A stretch of DNA of 64,000 nucleotides, from NCBI GenBank assembly GCA_964057225.1, contig OZ059895.1:4092001-4156000 (forward strand). Reading direction: 5' to 3'. The position numbers and the translations under genes were made by a program. The notes under the pieces were generated by a model, which saw only the letters and a list, made by a program, of their open reading frames with translations, searched no databases and was not told the DNA's origin. Shown in pieces: positions 1 to 13,699 of this stretch (position 1 is the stretch's first letter; each line of letters opens with the position of its first letter). Source of the stretch: Auanema rhodensis. Lineage: Eukaryota; Animalia; Nematoda.

Positions 1-3000
1 TTGAGTGTACATGGAAACTCAACATACACTAATGCATCATTTTTCAAACGATCATAACTAATTTTTGTATTAAGCGTTTCTCAATGAAGTATAGTGCAAT
101 CGATGCGGATTTTTAAGCTGCGTCGATCTGTGTTATCAGATTTGCGCTAGCTTGAAAATGCACCGAGATATCAACTGATATAAGTTCACACTTATATCCT
201 CGATTTTCACCCTGAAGAATTAATTTTTTCGTTGAATAACATTGCCCATCGTCTTTGCCTTGAAAAAAGGAATCTAAAAACATCTACTTTTTGCTAAATT
301 ATTTTGAAATTTTTCGAAAAAATTTTTGTCAAAATGTTTTTGGAAGCAATGTTGAGTGTACATGGAAACTCAACATACACTAATGCATCATTTTTCAAAC
401 GATCATAACTAAGTTTTGTATTAAGCGTTTCTCAATGAAGTATAGTGCATTCGATGCGGATTTTTAAGCTGCGTCGATCTGTGTTATCAGATTTGCGCTA
501 GCTTGAAAATGCACCGAGATATCAACTGATATAAGTTCACACTTATATCCTCGATTTTCACCCTGAAGAATTAATTTTTTCGTTGAATAACATTGCCCAT
601 CGTCTTTGCCTTGAAAAAAGGAATCTAAAAACATCTACTTTTTGCTAAATTATTTTGAAATTTTTTGAAAAAATGTTTGTCAAAATGTTTTTGGAAGCAA
701 TGTTGAGTGTACATGGAAACTCAACATACACTAATGCATCATTTTTCAAACGATCATAACTAATTTTTGTATTAAGCGTTTCTCAATGAAGTATAGTGCA
801 TTCGATGCGGATTTTTAAGCTGCGTCGATCTGTGTTATCAGATTTGCGCTAGCTTAAAAATGCACCGAGATATCAACTGATATAAGTTCGAACTTATATC
901 CTCGATTTTCACCCTGAAGAATTAATTTTTTCGTTGAATAACATTGCCCATCGTCTTTGCCTTGAAAAAAGGAATCTAAAAACATCTACTTTTTGCTAAA
1001 TTATTTTGAAATTTTTCGAAAAAATTTTTGTCAAAATGTTTTTGGAAGCAATGTTGAGTGTACATGGAAACTCAACATACACTAATGCATCATTTTTCAA
1101 ACGATCATAACTAAGTTTTGTATTAAGCGTTTCTCAATGAAGTATAGTGCATTCGATGCGGATTTTTAAGCTGCGTCGATCTGTGTTATCAGATTTGCGC
1201 TAGCTTAAAAATTCACCGAGATATCAACTGATATAAGTTAACACTTATATCCTCGATTTTCACCCTGAAGAATTAATTTTTTCGTTGAATAACATTGTCC
1301 ATCATCTTTGCCTTAAAAAAAGGAATCTAAAAACATCTACTTTTTGCTAAATTATTTTGAAATTTTTCGAAAAAATTTTTGTCAAAATGTTTTTGGAAGC
1401 AATGTTGAGTGTACATGGAAACTCAACATACACTAATGCATCATTTTTCAAACGATCATAACTAATTTTTGTATTAAGCGTTTCTCAATGTAGTATAGTG
1501 CATTCGATGCGGATTTTTAAGCTGCGTCGATCTGTGTTATCAGATTTGCGCTAGCTTGAAAATGCACCGAGATATCAACTGATATAAGTTCACACTTATA
1601 TCCTCGATTTTCACCCTGAAGAATTAATTTTTTCGTTGAATAACATTGCCCATCGTCTTTGCCTTGAAAAAAGGAATCTAAAAACATCTACTTTTTGCTA
1701 AATTATTTTGGAATTTTTTGAAAAAATGTTTGTCAAAATGTTTTTGGAAGCAATGTTGAGTGTACATGGAAACTCAACATACACTAATGCATCATTTTTC
1801 AAACGATCGTAACTAATTTTTGTATTAAGCGTTTCTCAATGAAGTATAGTGCATTCGATGCGGATTTTTAAGCTGCGTCGATCTGTGTTATCAGATTTGC
1901 GCTAGCTTGAAAATGCACCGAGATATCAACTGATATAAGTTCACACTTATATCCTCGATTTTCACCCTGAAGAATTAATTTTTTCGTTGAATAACATTGC
2001 CCATCGTCTTTGCCTTGAAAAAAGGAATCTAAAAACATCTACTTTTTGCTAAATTATTTTGAAATTTTTCGAAAAAATTTTTGTCAAAATGTTTTTGGAA
2101 GCAATGTTGAGTGTACATGGAAACTCAACATACACTAATGCATCATTTTTTAAACGATCATAACTAAGTTTTGTATTAAGCGTTTCTCAATGAAGTATAG
2201 TGCATTCGATGCGGATTTTTAAGCTGCGTCGATCTGTGTTATCAGATTTGCGCTAGCTTGAAAATGCACCGAGATATCAACTGATATAAGTTCACACTTA
2301 TATCCTCGATTTTCACCCTGAAGAATTAATTTTTTCGTTGAATAACATTGCCCATCGTCTTTGCCTTGAAAAAAGGAATCTAAAAACATCTACTTTTTGC
2401 TAAATTATTCTGAAATTGTTTGAAAAAATGTTTGTCAAAATGTTTTTGGAAGCAATGTTGAGTGTACATGGAAACTCAACATACACTAATGCATCATTTT
2501 TCAAACGATCATAACTGATTTTTGTATTAAGCGTTTCTCAATGAAGTATAGTGCATTCGATGCGGATTTTTAAGCTGCGTCGATCTGTGTTATCAGATTT
2601 GCGCTAGCTTAAAAATGCACCGAGATATCAACTGATATAAGTTCAAACTTATATCCTCGATTTTCACCCTGAAGAATTAATTTTTTCGTTGAATAACATT
2701 GCCCATCGTCTTTGCCTTGAAAAAAGGAATCTAAAAACATCTACTTTTTGCTAAATTATTTTGAAATTTTTCGAAAAAATTTTTGTCAAAATGTTTTTGG
2801 AAGCAATGTTGAGTGTACATGGAAACTCAACATACACTAATGCATCATTTTTCAAACGATCATAACTAAGTTTTGTATTAAGCGTTTCTCAATGAAGTAT
2901 AGTGCATTCGATGCGGATTTTTAAGCTGCGTCGATCTGTGTTATCAGATTTGCGCTAGCTTGAAAATGCACCGAGATATCAACTGATATAAGTTCACACT

Positions 3001-6000
3001 TATATCCTCGATTTTCACCCTGAAGAATTAATTTTTTCGTTGAATAACATTGCCCATCGTCTTTGCCTTGAAAAAAGGAATCTAAAAACATCTACTTTTT
3101 GCTAAATTATTTTGAAATTTTTTGAAAAAATGTTTGTCAAAATGTTTTTGGAAGCAATGTTGAGTGTACATGGAAACTCAACATACACTAATGCATCATT
3201 TTTCAAACGATCATAACTAATTTTTGTATTAAGCGTTTCTCAATGTAGTATAGTGCATTCGATGCGGATTTTTAAGCTGCGTCGATCTGTGTTATCAGAT
3301 TTGCGCTAGCTTGAAAATGCACCGAGATATCAACTGATATAAGTTCACACTTATATCCTCGATTTTCACCCTGAAGAATTAATTTTTTCGTTGAATAACA
3401 TTGCCCATCGTCTTTGCCTTGAAATAAGGAATCTAAAAACATCTACTTTTTGCTAAATTATTTTGAAATTTTTCGAAAAAATTTTTGTCAAAATGTTTTT
3501 GGAAGCAATGTTGAGTGTACATGGAAACTCAACATACACTAATGCATCATTTTTCAAACGATCATAACTAATTTTTGTATTAAGCGTTTCTCAATGAAGT
3601 ATAGTGCATTCGATGCGGATTTTTAAGCTGCGTCGATCTGTGTTATCAGATTTGCGCTAGCTTGAAAATGCACCGAGATATCAACTGATATAAGTTCACA
3701 CTTATATCCTCGATTTTCACCCTGAAGAATTAATTTTTTCGTTGAATAACATTGCCCATCGTCTTTGCCTTGAAAAAAGGAATCTAAAAACATCTACTTT
3801 TTGCTAAATTATTTTGAAATTTTTTGAAAAAATGTTTGTCAAAATGTTTTTGGAAGCAATGTTGAGTGTACATGGAAACTCAACATACACTAATGCATCA
3901 TTTTTCAAACGATCGTAACTAATTTTTGTATTAAGCGTTTCTCAATGAAGTATAGTGCATTCGATGCGGATTTTTAAGCTGCGTCGATCTGTGTTATCAG
4001 ATTTGCGCTAGCTTGAAAATGCACCGAGATATCAACTGATATAAGTTCACACTTATATCCTCGATTTTCACCCTGAAGAATTAATTTTTTCGTTGAATAA
4101 CATTGCCCATCGTCTTTGCCTTGAAAAAAGGAATCTAAAAACATCTACTTTTTGCTAAATTATTTTGAAATTTTTCGAAAAAATTTTTGTCAAAATGTTT
4201 TTGGAAGCAATGTTGAGTGTACATGGAAACTCAACATACACTAATGCATCATTTTTCAAACGATCATAACTAAGTTTTGTATTAAGCGTTTCTCAATGAA
4301 GTATAGTGCATTCGATGCGGATTTTTAAGCTGCGCCGATCTGTGTTATCAGATTTGCGCTAGCTTAAAAATTCACCGAGATATCAACTGATATAAGTTCA
4401 CACTTATATCCTCGATTTTCACCCTGAAGAATTGATTTTTTCGTTGAATAACATTGTCCATCATCTTTGCCTTAAAAAAAGGAATCTAAAAACATCTACT
4501 TTTTGCTAAATTATTTTGAAATTTTTCGAAAAAATTTTTGTCAAAATGTTTTTGGAAGCAATGTTGAGTGTACATGGAAACTCAACATACACTAATGCAT
4601 CATTTTTCAAACGATCATAACTAATTTTTGTATTAAGCGTTTCTCAATGTAGTATAGTGCATTCGATGCGGATTTTTAAGCTGCGTCGATCTGTGTTATC
4701 AGATTTGCGCTAGCTTGAAAATGCACCGAGATATCAACTGATATAAGTTCACACTTATATCCTCGATTTTCACCCTGAAGAATTAATTTTTTCGTTGAAT
4801 AACATTGCCCATCGTCTTTGCCTTGAAATAAGGAATCTAAAAACATCTACTTTTTGCTAAATTATTTTGAAATTTTTCGAAAAAATTTTTGTCAAAATGT
4901 TTTTGGAAGCAATGTTGAGTGTACATGGAAACTCAACATACACTAATGCATCATTTTTCAAACGATCATAACTAATTTTTGTATTAAGCGTTTCTCAATG
5001 AAGTATAGTGCATTCGATGCGGATTTTTAAGCTGCGTCGATCTGTGTTATCAGATTTGCGCTAGCTTGAAAATGCACCGAGATATCAACTGATATAAGTT
5101 CACACTTATATCCTCGATTTTCACCCTGAAGAATTAATTTTTTCGTTGAATAACATTGCCCATCGTCTTTGCCTTGAAAAAAGGAATCTAAAAACATCTA
5201 CTTTTTGCTAAATTATTTTGAAATTTTTTGAAAAAATGTTTGTCAAAATGTTTTTGGAAGCAATGTTGAGTGTACATGGAAACTCAACATACACTAATGC
5301 ATCATTTTTCAAACGATCATAACTAAGTTTTGTATTAAGCGTTTCTCAATGAAGTATAGTGCATTCGATGCGGATTTTTAAGCTGCGTCGATCTGTGTTA
5401 TCAGATTTGCGCTAGCTTGAAAATGCACCGAGATATCAACTGATATAAGTTCACACTTATATCCTCGATTTTCACCCTGAAGAATTAATTTTTTCGTTGA
5501 ATAACATTGCCCATCGTCTTTGCCTTGAAAAAAGGAATCTAAAAACATCTACTTTTTGCTAAATTATTTTGAAATTTTTCGAAAAAATTTTTGTCAAAAT
5601 GTTTTTGGAAGCAATGTTGAGTGTACATGGAAACTCAACATACACTAATGCATCATTTTTCAAACGATCATAACTAAGTTTTGTATTAAGCGTTTCTCAA
5701 TGAAGTATAGTGCATTCGATGCGGATTTTTAAGCTGCGCCGATCTGTGTTATCAGATTTGCGCTAGCTTAAAAATTCACCGAGATATCAACTGATATAAG
5801 TTCACACTTATATCCTCGATTTTCACCCTGAAGAATTGATTTTTTCGTTGAATAACATTGTCCATCATCTTTGCCTTAAAAAAAGGAATCTAAAAACATC
5901 TACTTTTTGCTAAATTATTTTGAAATTTTTCGAAAAAATTTTTGTCAAAATGTTTTTGGAAGCAATGTTGAGTGTACATGGAAACTCAACATACACTAAT

Positions 6001-9000
6001 GCATCATTTTTCAAACGATCATAACTAATTTTTGTATTAAGCGTTTCTCAATGTAGTATAGTGCATTCGATGCGGATTTTTAAGCTGCGTCGATCTGTGT
6101 TATCAGATTTGCGCTAGCTTGAAAATGCACCGAGATATCAACTGATATAAGTTCACACTTATATCCTCGATTTTCACCCTGAAGAATTAATTTTTTCGTT
6201 GAATAACATTGCCCATCGTCTTTGCCTTGAAATAAGGAATCTAAAAACATCTACTTTTTGCTAAATTATTTTGAAATTTTTCGAAAAAATTTTTGTCAAA
6301 ATGTTTTTGGAAGCAATGTTGAGTGTACATGGAAACTCAACATACACTAATGCATCATTTTTCAAACGATCATAACTAATTTTTGTATTAAGCGTTTCTC
6401 AATGAAGTATAGTGCATTCGATGCGGATTTTTAAGCTGCGTCGATCTGTGTTATCAGATTTGCGCTAGCTTGAAAATGCACCGAGATATCAACTGATATA
6501 AGTTCACACTTATATCCTCGATTTTCACCCTGAAGAATTAATTTTTTCGTTGAATAACATTGCCCATCGTCTTTGCCTTGAAAAAAGGAATCTAAAAACA
6601 TCTACTTTTTGCTAAATTATTTTGAAATTTTTTGAAAAAATGTTTGTCAAAATGTTTTTGGAAGCAATGTTGAGTGTACATGGAAACTCAACATACACTA
6701 ATGCATCATTTTTCAAACGATCGTAACTAATTTTTGTATTAAGCGTTTCTCAATGAAGTATAGTGCATTCGATGCGGATTTTTAAGCTGCGTCGATCTGT
6801 GTTATCAGATTTGCGCTAGCTTAAAAATGCACCGAGATATCAACTGATATAAGTTCACACTTATATCCTCGATTTTCACCCTGAAGAATTAATTTTTTCG
6901 TTGAATAACATTGTCCATCGTCTTTGCCTTAAAAAAATGAATCTAAAAACATCTACTTTTTGCTAAATTATTTTGAAATTTTTCGAAAAAATTTTTGTCA
7001 AAATGTTTTTGGAAGCAATGTTGAGTGTACATGGAAACTCAACATACACTAATGCATCATTTTTCAAACGATCATAACTAATTTTTGTATTAAGCGTTTC
7101 TCAATGAAGTATAGTGCATTCGATGCGGATTTTTAAGCTGCGTCGATCTGTGTTATCAGATTTGCGCTAGCTTAAAAATGCACCGAGATATCAACTGATA
7201 TAAGTTCAAACTTATATCCTCGATTTTCACCCTGAAGAATTAATTTTTTCGTTGAATAACATTGCCCATCGTCTTTGCCTTGAAAAAAGGAATCTAAAAA
7301 CATCTACTTTTTGCTAAATTATTTTGAAATTTTTCGAAAAAATTTTTGTCAAAATGTTTTTGGAAGCAATGTTGAGGGTACATGGAAACTCAACATACAC
7401 TAATGCATCATTTTTCAAACGATCATAACTAAGTTTTGTATTAAGCGTTTCTCAATGAAGTATAGTGCATTCGATGCGGATTTTTAAGCTGCGTCGATCT
7501 GTGTTATCAGATTTGCACTAGCTTAAAAATTCACCGAGATATCAACTGATATAAGTTCACACTTATATCCTCGATTTTCACCCTGAAGAATTAATTTTTT
7601 CGTTGAATAACATTGTCCATCATCTTTGCCTTAAAAAAAGGAATCTAAAAACATCTACTTTTTGCTAAATTATTTTGAAATTTTTCGAAAAAATTTTTGT
7701 CAAAATGTTTTTGGAAGCAATGTTGAGTGTACATGGAAACTCAACATACACTAATGCATCATTTTTCAAACGATCATAACTAATTTTTGTATTAAGCGTT
7801 TCTCAATGTAGTATAGTGCATTCGATGCGGATTTTTAAGCTGCGTCGATCTGTGTTATCAGATTTGCGCTAGCTTGAAAATGCACCGAGATATCAACTGA
7901 TATAAGTTCACACTTATATCCTCGATTTTCACCCTGAAGAATTAATTTTTTCGTTGAATAACATTGCCCATCGTCTTTGCCTTGAAATAAGGAATCTAAA
8001 AACATCTACTTTTTGCTAAATTATTTTGAAATTTTTCGAAAAAATTTTTGTCAAAATGTTTTTGGAAGCAATGTTGAGTGTACATGGAAACTCAACATAC
8101 ACTAATGCATCATTTTTCAAACGATCATAACTAATTTTTGTATTAAGCGTTTCTCAATGAAGTATAGTGCATTCGATGCGGATTTTTAAGCTGCGTCGAT
8201 CTGTGTTATCAGATTTGCGCTAGCTTGAAAATGCACCGAGATATCAACTGATATAAGTTCACACTTATATCCTCGATTTTCACCCTGAAGAATTAATTTT
8301 TTCGTTGAATAACATTGCCCATCGTCTTTGCCTTGAAAAAAGGAATCTAAAAACATCTACTTTTTGCTAAATTATTTTGAAATTTTTTGAAAAAATGTTT
8401 GTCAAAATGTTTTTGGAAGCAATGTTGAGTGTACATGGAAACTCAACATACACTAATGCATCATTTTTCAAACGATCGTAACTAATTTTTGTATTAAGCG
8501 TTTCTCAATGAAGTATAGTGCATTCGATGCGGATTTTTAAGCTGCGTCGATCTGTGTTATCAGATTTGCGCTAGCTTGAAAATGCACCGAGATATCAACT
8601 GATATAAGTTCACACTTATATCCTCGATTTTCACCCTGAAGAATTAATTTTTTCGTTGAATAACATTGCCCATCGTCTTTGCCTTGAAAAAAGGAATCTA
8701 AAAACATCTACTTTTTGCTAAATTATTTTGAAATTTTTCGAAAAAATTTTTGTCAAAATGTTTTTGGAAGCAATGTTGAGTGTACATGGAAACTCAACAT
8801 ACACTAATGCATCATTTTTCAAACGATCATAACTAAGTTTTGTATTAAGCGTTTCTCAATGAAGTATAGTGCATTCGATGCGGATTTTTAAGCTGCGTCG
8901 ATCTGTGTTATCAGATTTGCGCTAGCTTAAAAATTCACCGAGATATCAACTGATATAAGTTCACACTTATATCCTCGATTTTCACCCTGAAGAATTGATT

Positions 9001-12000
9001 TTTTCGTTGAATAACATTGTCCATCATCTTTGCCTTAAAAAAAGGAATCTAAAAACATCTACTTTTTGCTAAATTATTTTGAAATTTTTCGAAAAAATTT
9101 TTGTCAAAATGTTTTTGGAAGCAATGTTGAGTGTACATGGAAACTCAACATACACTAATGCATCATTTTTCAAACGATCATAACTAATTTTTGTATTAAG
9201 CGTTTCTCAATGTAGTATAGTGCATTCGATGCGGATTTTTAAGCTGCGTCGATCTGTGTTATCAGATTTGCGCTAGCTTGAAAATGCACCGAGATATCAA
9301 CTGATATAAGTTCACACTTATATCCTCGATTTTCACCCTGAAGAATTAATTTTTTCGTTGAATAACATTGCCCATCGTCTTTGCCTTGAAATAAGGAATC
9401 TAAAAACATCTACTTTTTGCTAAATTATTTTGAAATTTTTCGAAAAAATTTTTGTCAAAATGTTTTTGGAAGCAATGTTGAGTGTACATGGAAACTCAAC
9501 ATACACTAATGCATCATTTTTCAAACGATCATAACTAATTTTTGTATTAAGCGTTTCTCAATGAAGTATAGTGCATTCGATGCGGATTTTTAAGCTGCGT
9601 CGATCTGTGTTATCAGATTTGCGCTAGCTTGAAAATGCACCGAGATATCAACTGATATAAGTTCACACTTATATCCTCGATTTTCACCCTGAAGAATTAA
9701 TTTTTTCGTTGAATAACATTGCCCATCGTCTTTGCCTTGAAAAAAGGAATCTAAAAACATCTACTTTTTGCTAAATTATTTTGAAATTTTTTGAAAAAAT
9801 GTTTGTCAAAATGTTTTTGGAAGCAATGTTGAGTGTACATGGAAACTCAACATACACTAATGCATCATTTTTCAAACGATCGTAACTAATTTTTGTATTA
9901 AGCGTTTCTCAATGAAGTATAGTGCATTCGATGCGGATTTTTAAGCTGCGTCGATCTGTGTTATCAGATTTGCGCTAGCTTAAAAATGCACCGAGATATC
10001 AACTGATATAAGTTCACACTTATATCCTCGATTTTCACCCTGAAGAATTAATTTTTTCGTTGAATAACATTGTCCATCGTCTTTGCCTTAAAAAAATGAA
10101 TCTAAAAACATCTACTTTTTGCTAAATTATTTTGAAATTTTTCGAAAAAATTTTTGTCAAAATGTTTTTGGAAGCAATGTTGAGTGTACATGGAAACTCA
10201 ACATACACTAATGCATCATTTTTCAAACGATCATAACTAATTTTTGTATTAAGCGTTTCTCAATGAAGTATAGTGCATTCGATGCGGATTTTTAAGCTGC
10301 GTCGATCTGTGTTATCAGATTTGCGCTAGCTTAAAAATGCACCGAGATATCAACTGATATAAGTTCAAACTTATATCCTCGATTTTCACCCTGAAGAATT
10401 AATTTTTTCGTTGAATAACATTGCCCATCGTCTTTGCCTTGAAAAAAGGAATCTAAAAACATCTACTTTTTGCTAAATTATTTTGAAATTTTTCGAAAAA
10501 ATTTTTGTCAAAATGTTTTTGGAAGCAATGTTGAGGGTACATGGAAACTCAACATACACTAATGCATCATTTTTCAAACGATCATAACTAAGTTTTGTAT
10601 TAAGCGTTTCTCAATGAAGTATAGTGCATTCGATGCGGATTTTTAAGCTGCGTCGATCTGTGTTATCAGATTTGCACTAGCTTAAAAATTCACCGAGATA
10701 TCAACTGATATAAGTTCACACTTATATCCTCGATTTTCACCCTGAAGAATTAATTTTTTCGTTGAATAACATTGTCCATCATCTTTGCCTTAAAAAAAGG
10801 AATCTAAAAACATCTACTTTTTGCTAAATTATTTTGAAATTTTTCGAAAAAATTTTTGTCAAAATGTTTTTGGAAGCAATGTTGAGTGTACATGGAAACT
10901 CAACATACACTAATGCATCATTTTTCAAACGATCATAACTAATTTTTGTATTAAGCGTTTCTCAATGTAGTATAGTGCATTCGATGCGGATTTTTAAGCT
11001 GCGTCGATCTGTGTTATCAGATTTGCGCTAGCTTGAAAATGCACCGAGATATCAACTGATATAAGTTCACACTTATATCCTCGATTTTCACCCTGAAGAA
11101 TTAATTTTTTCGTTGAATAACATTGCCCATCGTCTTTGCCTTGAAATAAGGAATCTAAAAACATCTACTTTTTGCTAAATTATTTTGAAATTTTTCGAAA
11201 AAATTTTTGTCAAAATGTTTTTGGAAGCAATGTTGAGTGTACATGGAAACTCAACATACACTAATGCATCATTTTTCAAACGATCATAACTAATTTTTGT
11301 ATTAAGCGTTTCTCAATGAAGTATAGTGCATTCGATGCGGATTTTTAAGCTGCGTCGATCTGTGTTATCAGATTTGCACTAGCTTAAAAATTCACCGAGA
11401 TATCAACTGATATAAGTTCACACTTATATCCTCGATTTTCACCCTGAAGAATTAATTTTTTCGTTGAATAACATTGTCCATCATCTTTGCCTTAAAAAAA
11501 GGAATCTAAAAACATCTACTTTTTGCTAAATTATTTTGAAATTTTTCGAAAAAATTTTTGTCAAAATGTTTTTGGAAGCAATGTTGAGTGTACATGGAAA
11601 CTCAACATACACTAATGCATCATTTTTCAAACGATCATAACTAATTTTTGTATTAAGCGTTTCTCAATGAAGTATAGTGCATTCGATGCGGATTTTTAAG
11701 CTGCGTCGATCTGTGTTATCAGATTTGCGCTAGCTTGAAAATGCACCGAGATATCAACTGATATAAGTTCACACTTATATCCTCGATTTTCACCCTGAAG
11801 AATTAATTTTTTCGTTGAATAACATTGCCCATCGTCTTTGCCTTGAAATAAGGAATCTAAAAACATCTACTTTTTGCTAAATTATTTTGAAATTTTTCGA
11901 AAAAATTTTTGTCAAAATGTTTTTGGAAGCAATGTTGAGTGTACATGGAAACTCAACATACACTAATGCATCATTTTTCAAACGATCATAACTAATTTTT

Positions 12001-13699
12001 GTATTAAGCGTTTCTCAATGAAGTATAGTGCATTCGATGCGGATTTTTAAGCTGCGTCGATCTGTGTTATCAGATTTGCGCTAGCTTGAAAATGCACCGA
12101 GATATCAACTGATATAAGTTCACACTTATATCCTCGATTTTCACCCTGAAGAATTAATTTTTTCGTTGAATAACATTGCCCATCGTCTTTGCCTTGAAAA
12201 AAGGAATCTAAAAACATCTACTTTTTGCTAAATTATTTTGAAATTTTTTGAAAAAATGTTTGTCAAAATGTTTTTGGAAGCAATGTTGAGTGTACATGGA
12301 AACTCAACATACACTAATGCATCATTTTTCAAACGATCGTAACTAATTTTTGTATTAAGCGTTTCTCAATGAAGTATAGTGCATTCGATGCGGATTTTTA
12401 AGCTGCGTCGATCTGTGTTATCAGATTTGCGCTAGCTTAAAAATGCACCGAGATATCAACTGATATAAGTTCACACTTATATCCTCGATTTTCACCCTGA
12501 AGAATTAATTTTTTCGTTGAATAACATTGTCCATCGTCTTTGCCTTAAAAAAATGAATCTAAAAACATCTACTTTTTGCTAAATTATTTTGAAATTTTTC
12601 GAAAAAATTTTTGTCAAAATGTTTTTGGAAACAATGTTGAGTGTACATGGAAACTCAACATACACTAATGCATCATTTTTCAAACGATCATAACTAATTT
12701 TTGTATTAAGCGTTTCTCAATGAAGTATAGTGCATTCGATGCGGATTTTTAAGCTGCGTCGATCTGTGTTATCAGATTTGCGCTAGCTTAAAAATGCACC
12801 GAGATATCAACTGATATAAGTTCAAACTTATATCCTCGATTTTCACCCTGAAGAATTAATTTTTTCGTTGAATAACATTGCCCATCGTCTTTGCCTTGAA
12901 AAAAGGAATCTAAAAACATCTACTTTTTGCTAAATTATTTTGAAATTTTTCGAAAAAATTTTTGTCAAAATGTTTTTGGAAGCAATGTTGAGGGTACATG
13001 GAAACTCAACATACACTAATGCATCATTTTTCAAACGATCATAACTAAGTTTTGTATTAAGCGTTTCTCAATGAAGTATAGTGCATTCGATGCGGATTTT
13101 TAAGCTGCGTCGATCTGTGTTATCAGATTTGCACTAGCTTAAAAATTCACCGAGATATCAACTGATATAAGTTCACACTTATATCCTCGATTTTCACCCT
13201 GAAGAATTAATTTTTTCGTTGAATAACATTGTCCATCATCTTTGCCTTAAAAAAAGGAATCTAAAAACATCTACTTTTTGCTAAATTATTTTGAAATTTT
13301 TCGAAAAAATTTTTGTCAAAATGTTTTTGGAAGCAATGTTGAGTGTACATGGAAACTCAACATACACTAATGCATCATTTTTCAAACGATCATAACTAAT
13401 TTTTGTATTAAGCGTTTCTCAATGTAGTATAGTGCATTCGATGCGGATTTTTAAGCTGCGTCGATCTGTGTTATCAGATTTGCGCTAGCTTGAAAATGCA
13501 CCGAGATATCAACTGATATAAGTTCACACTTATATCCTCGATTTTCACCCTGAAGAATTAATTTTTTCGTTGAATAACATTGCCCATCGTCTTTGCCTTG
13601 AAAAAAGGAATCTAAAAACATCTACTTTTTGCTAAATTATTTTGAAATTTTTCGAAAAAATTTTTGTCAAAATGTTTTTGGAAGCAATGTTGAGTGTAC

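Noticed and set aside
59-67. AATTTTTG as an Sm site, making the monomer an SL RNA, snRNA or 5S array
   Set aside because: It is expected by chance in this composition, and no spliced-leader, snRNA or 5S sequence is recognisable.
212-270. CTGAAGA in the monomer as a hammerhead ribozyme core
   Set aside because: I could not find a stem II followed by GAAA or matching stems I and III.
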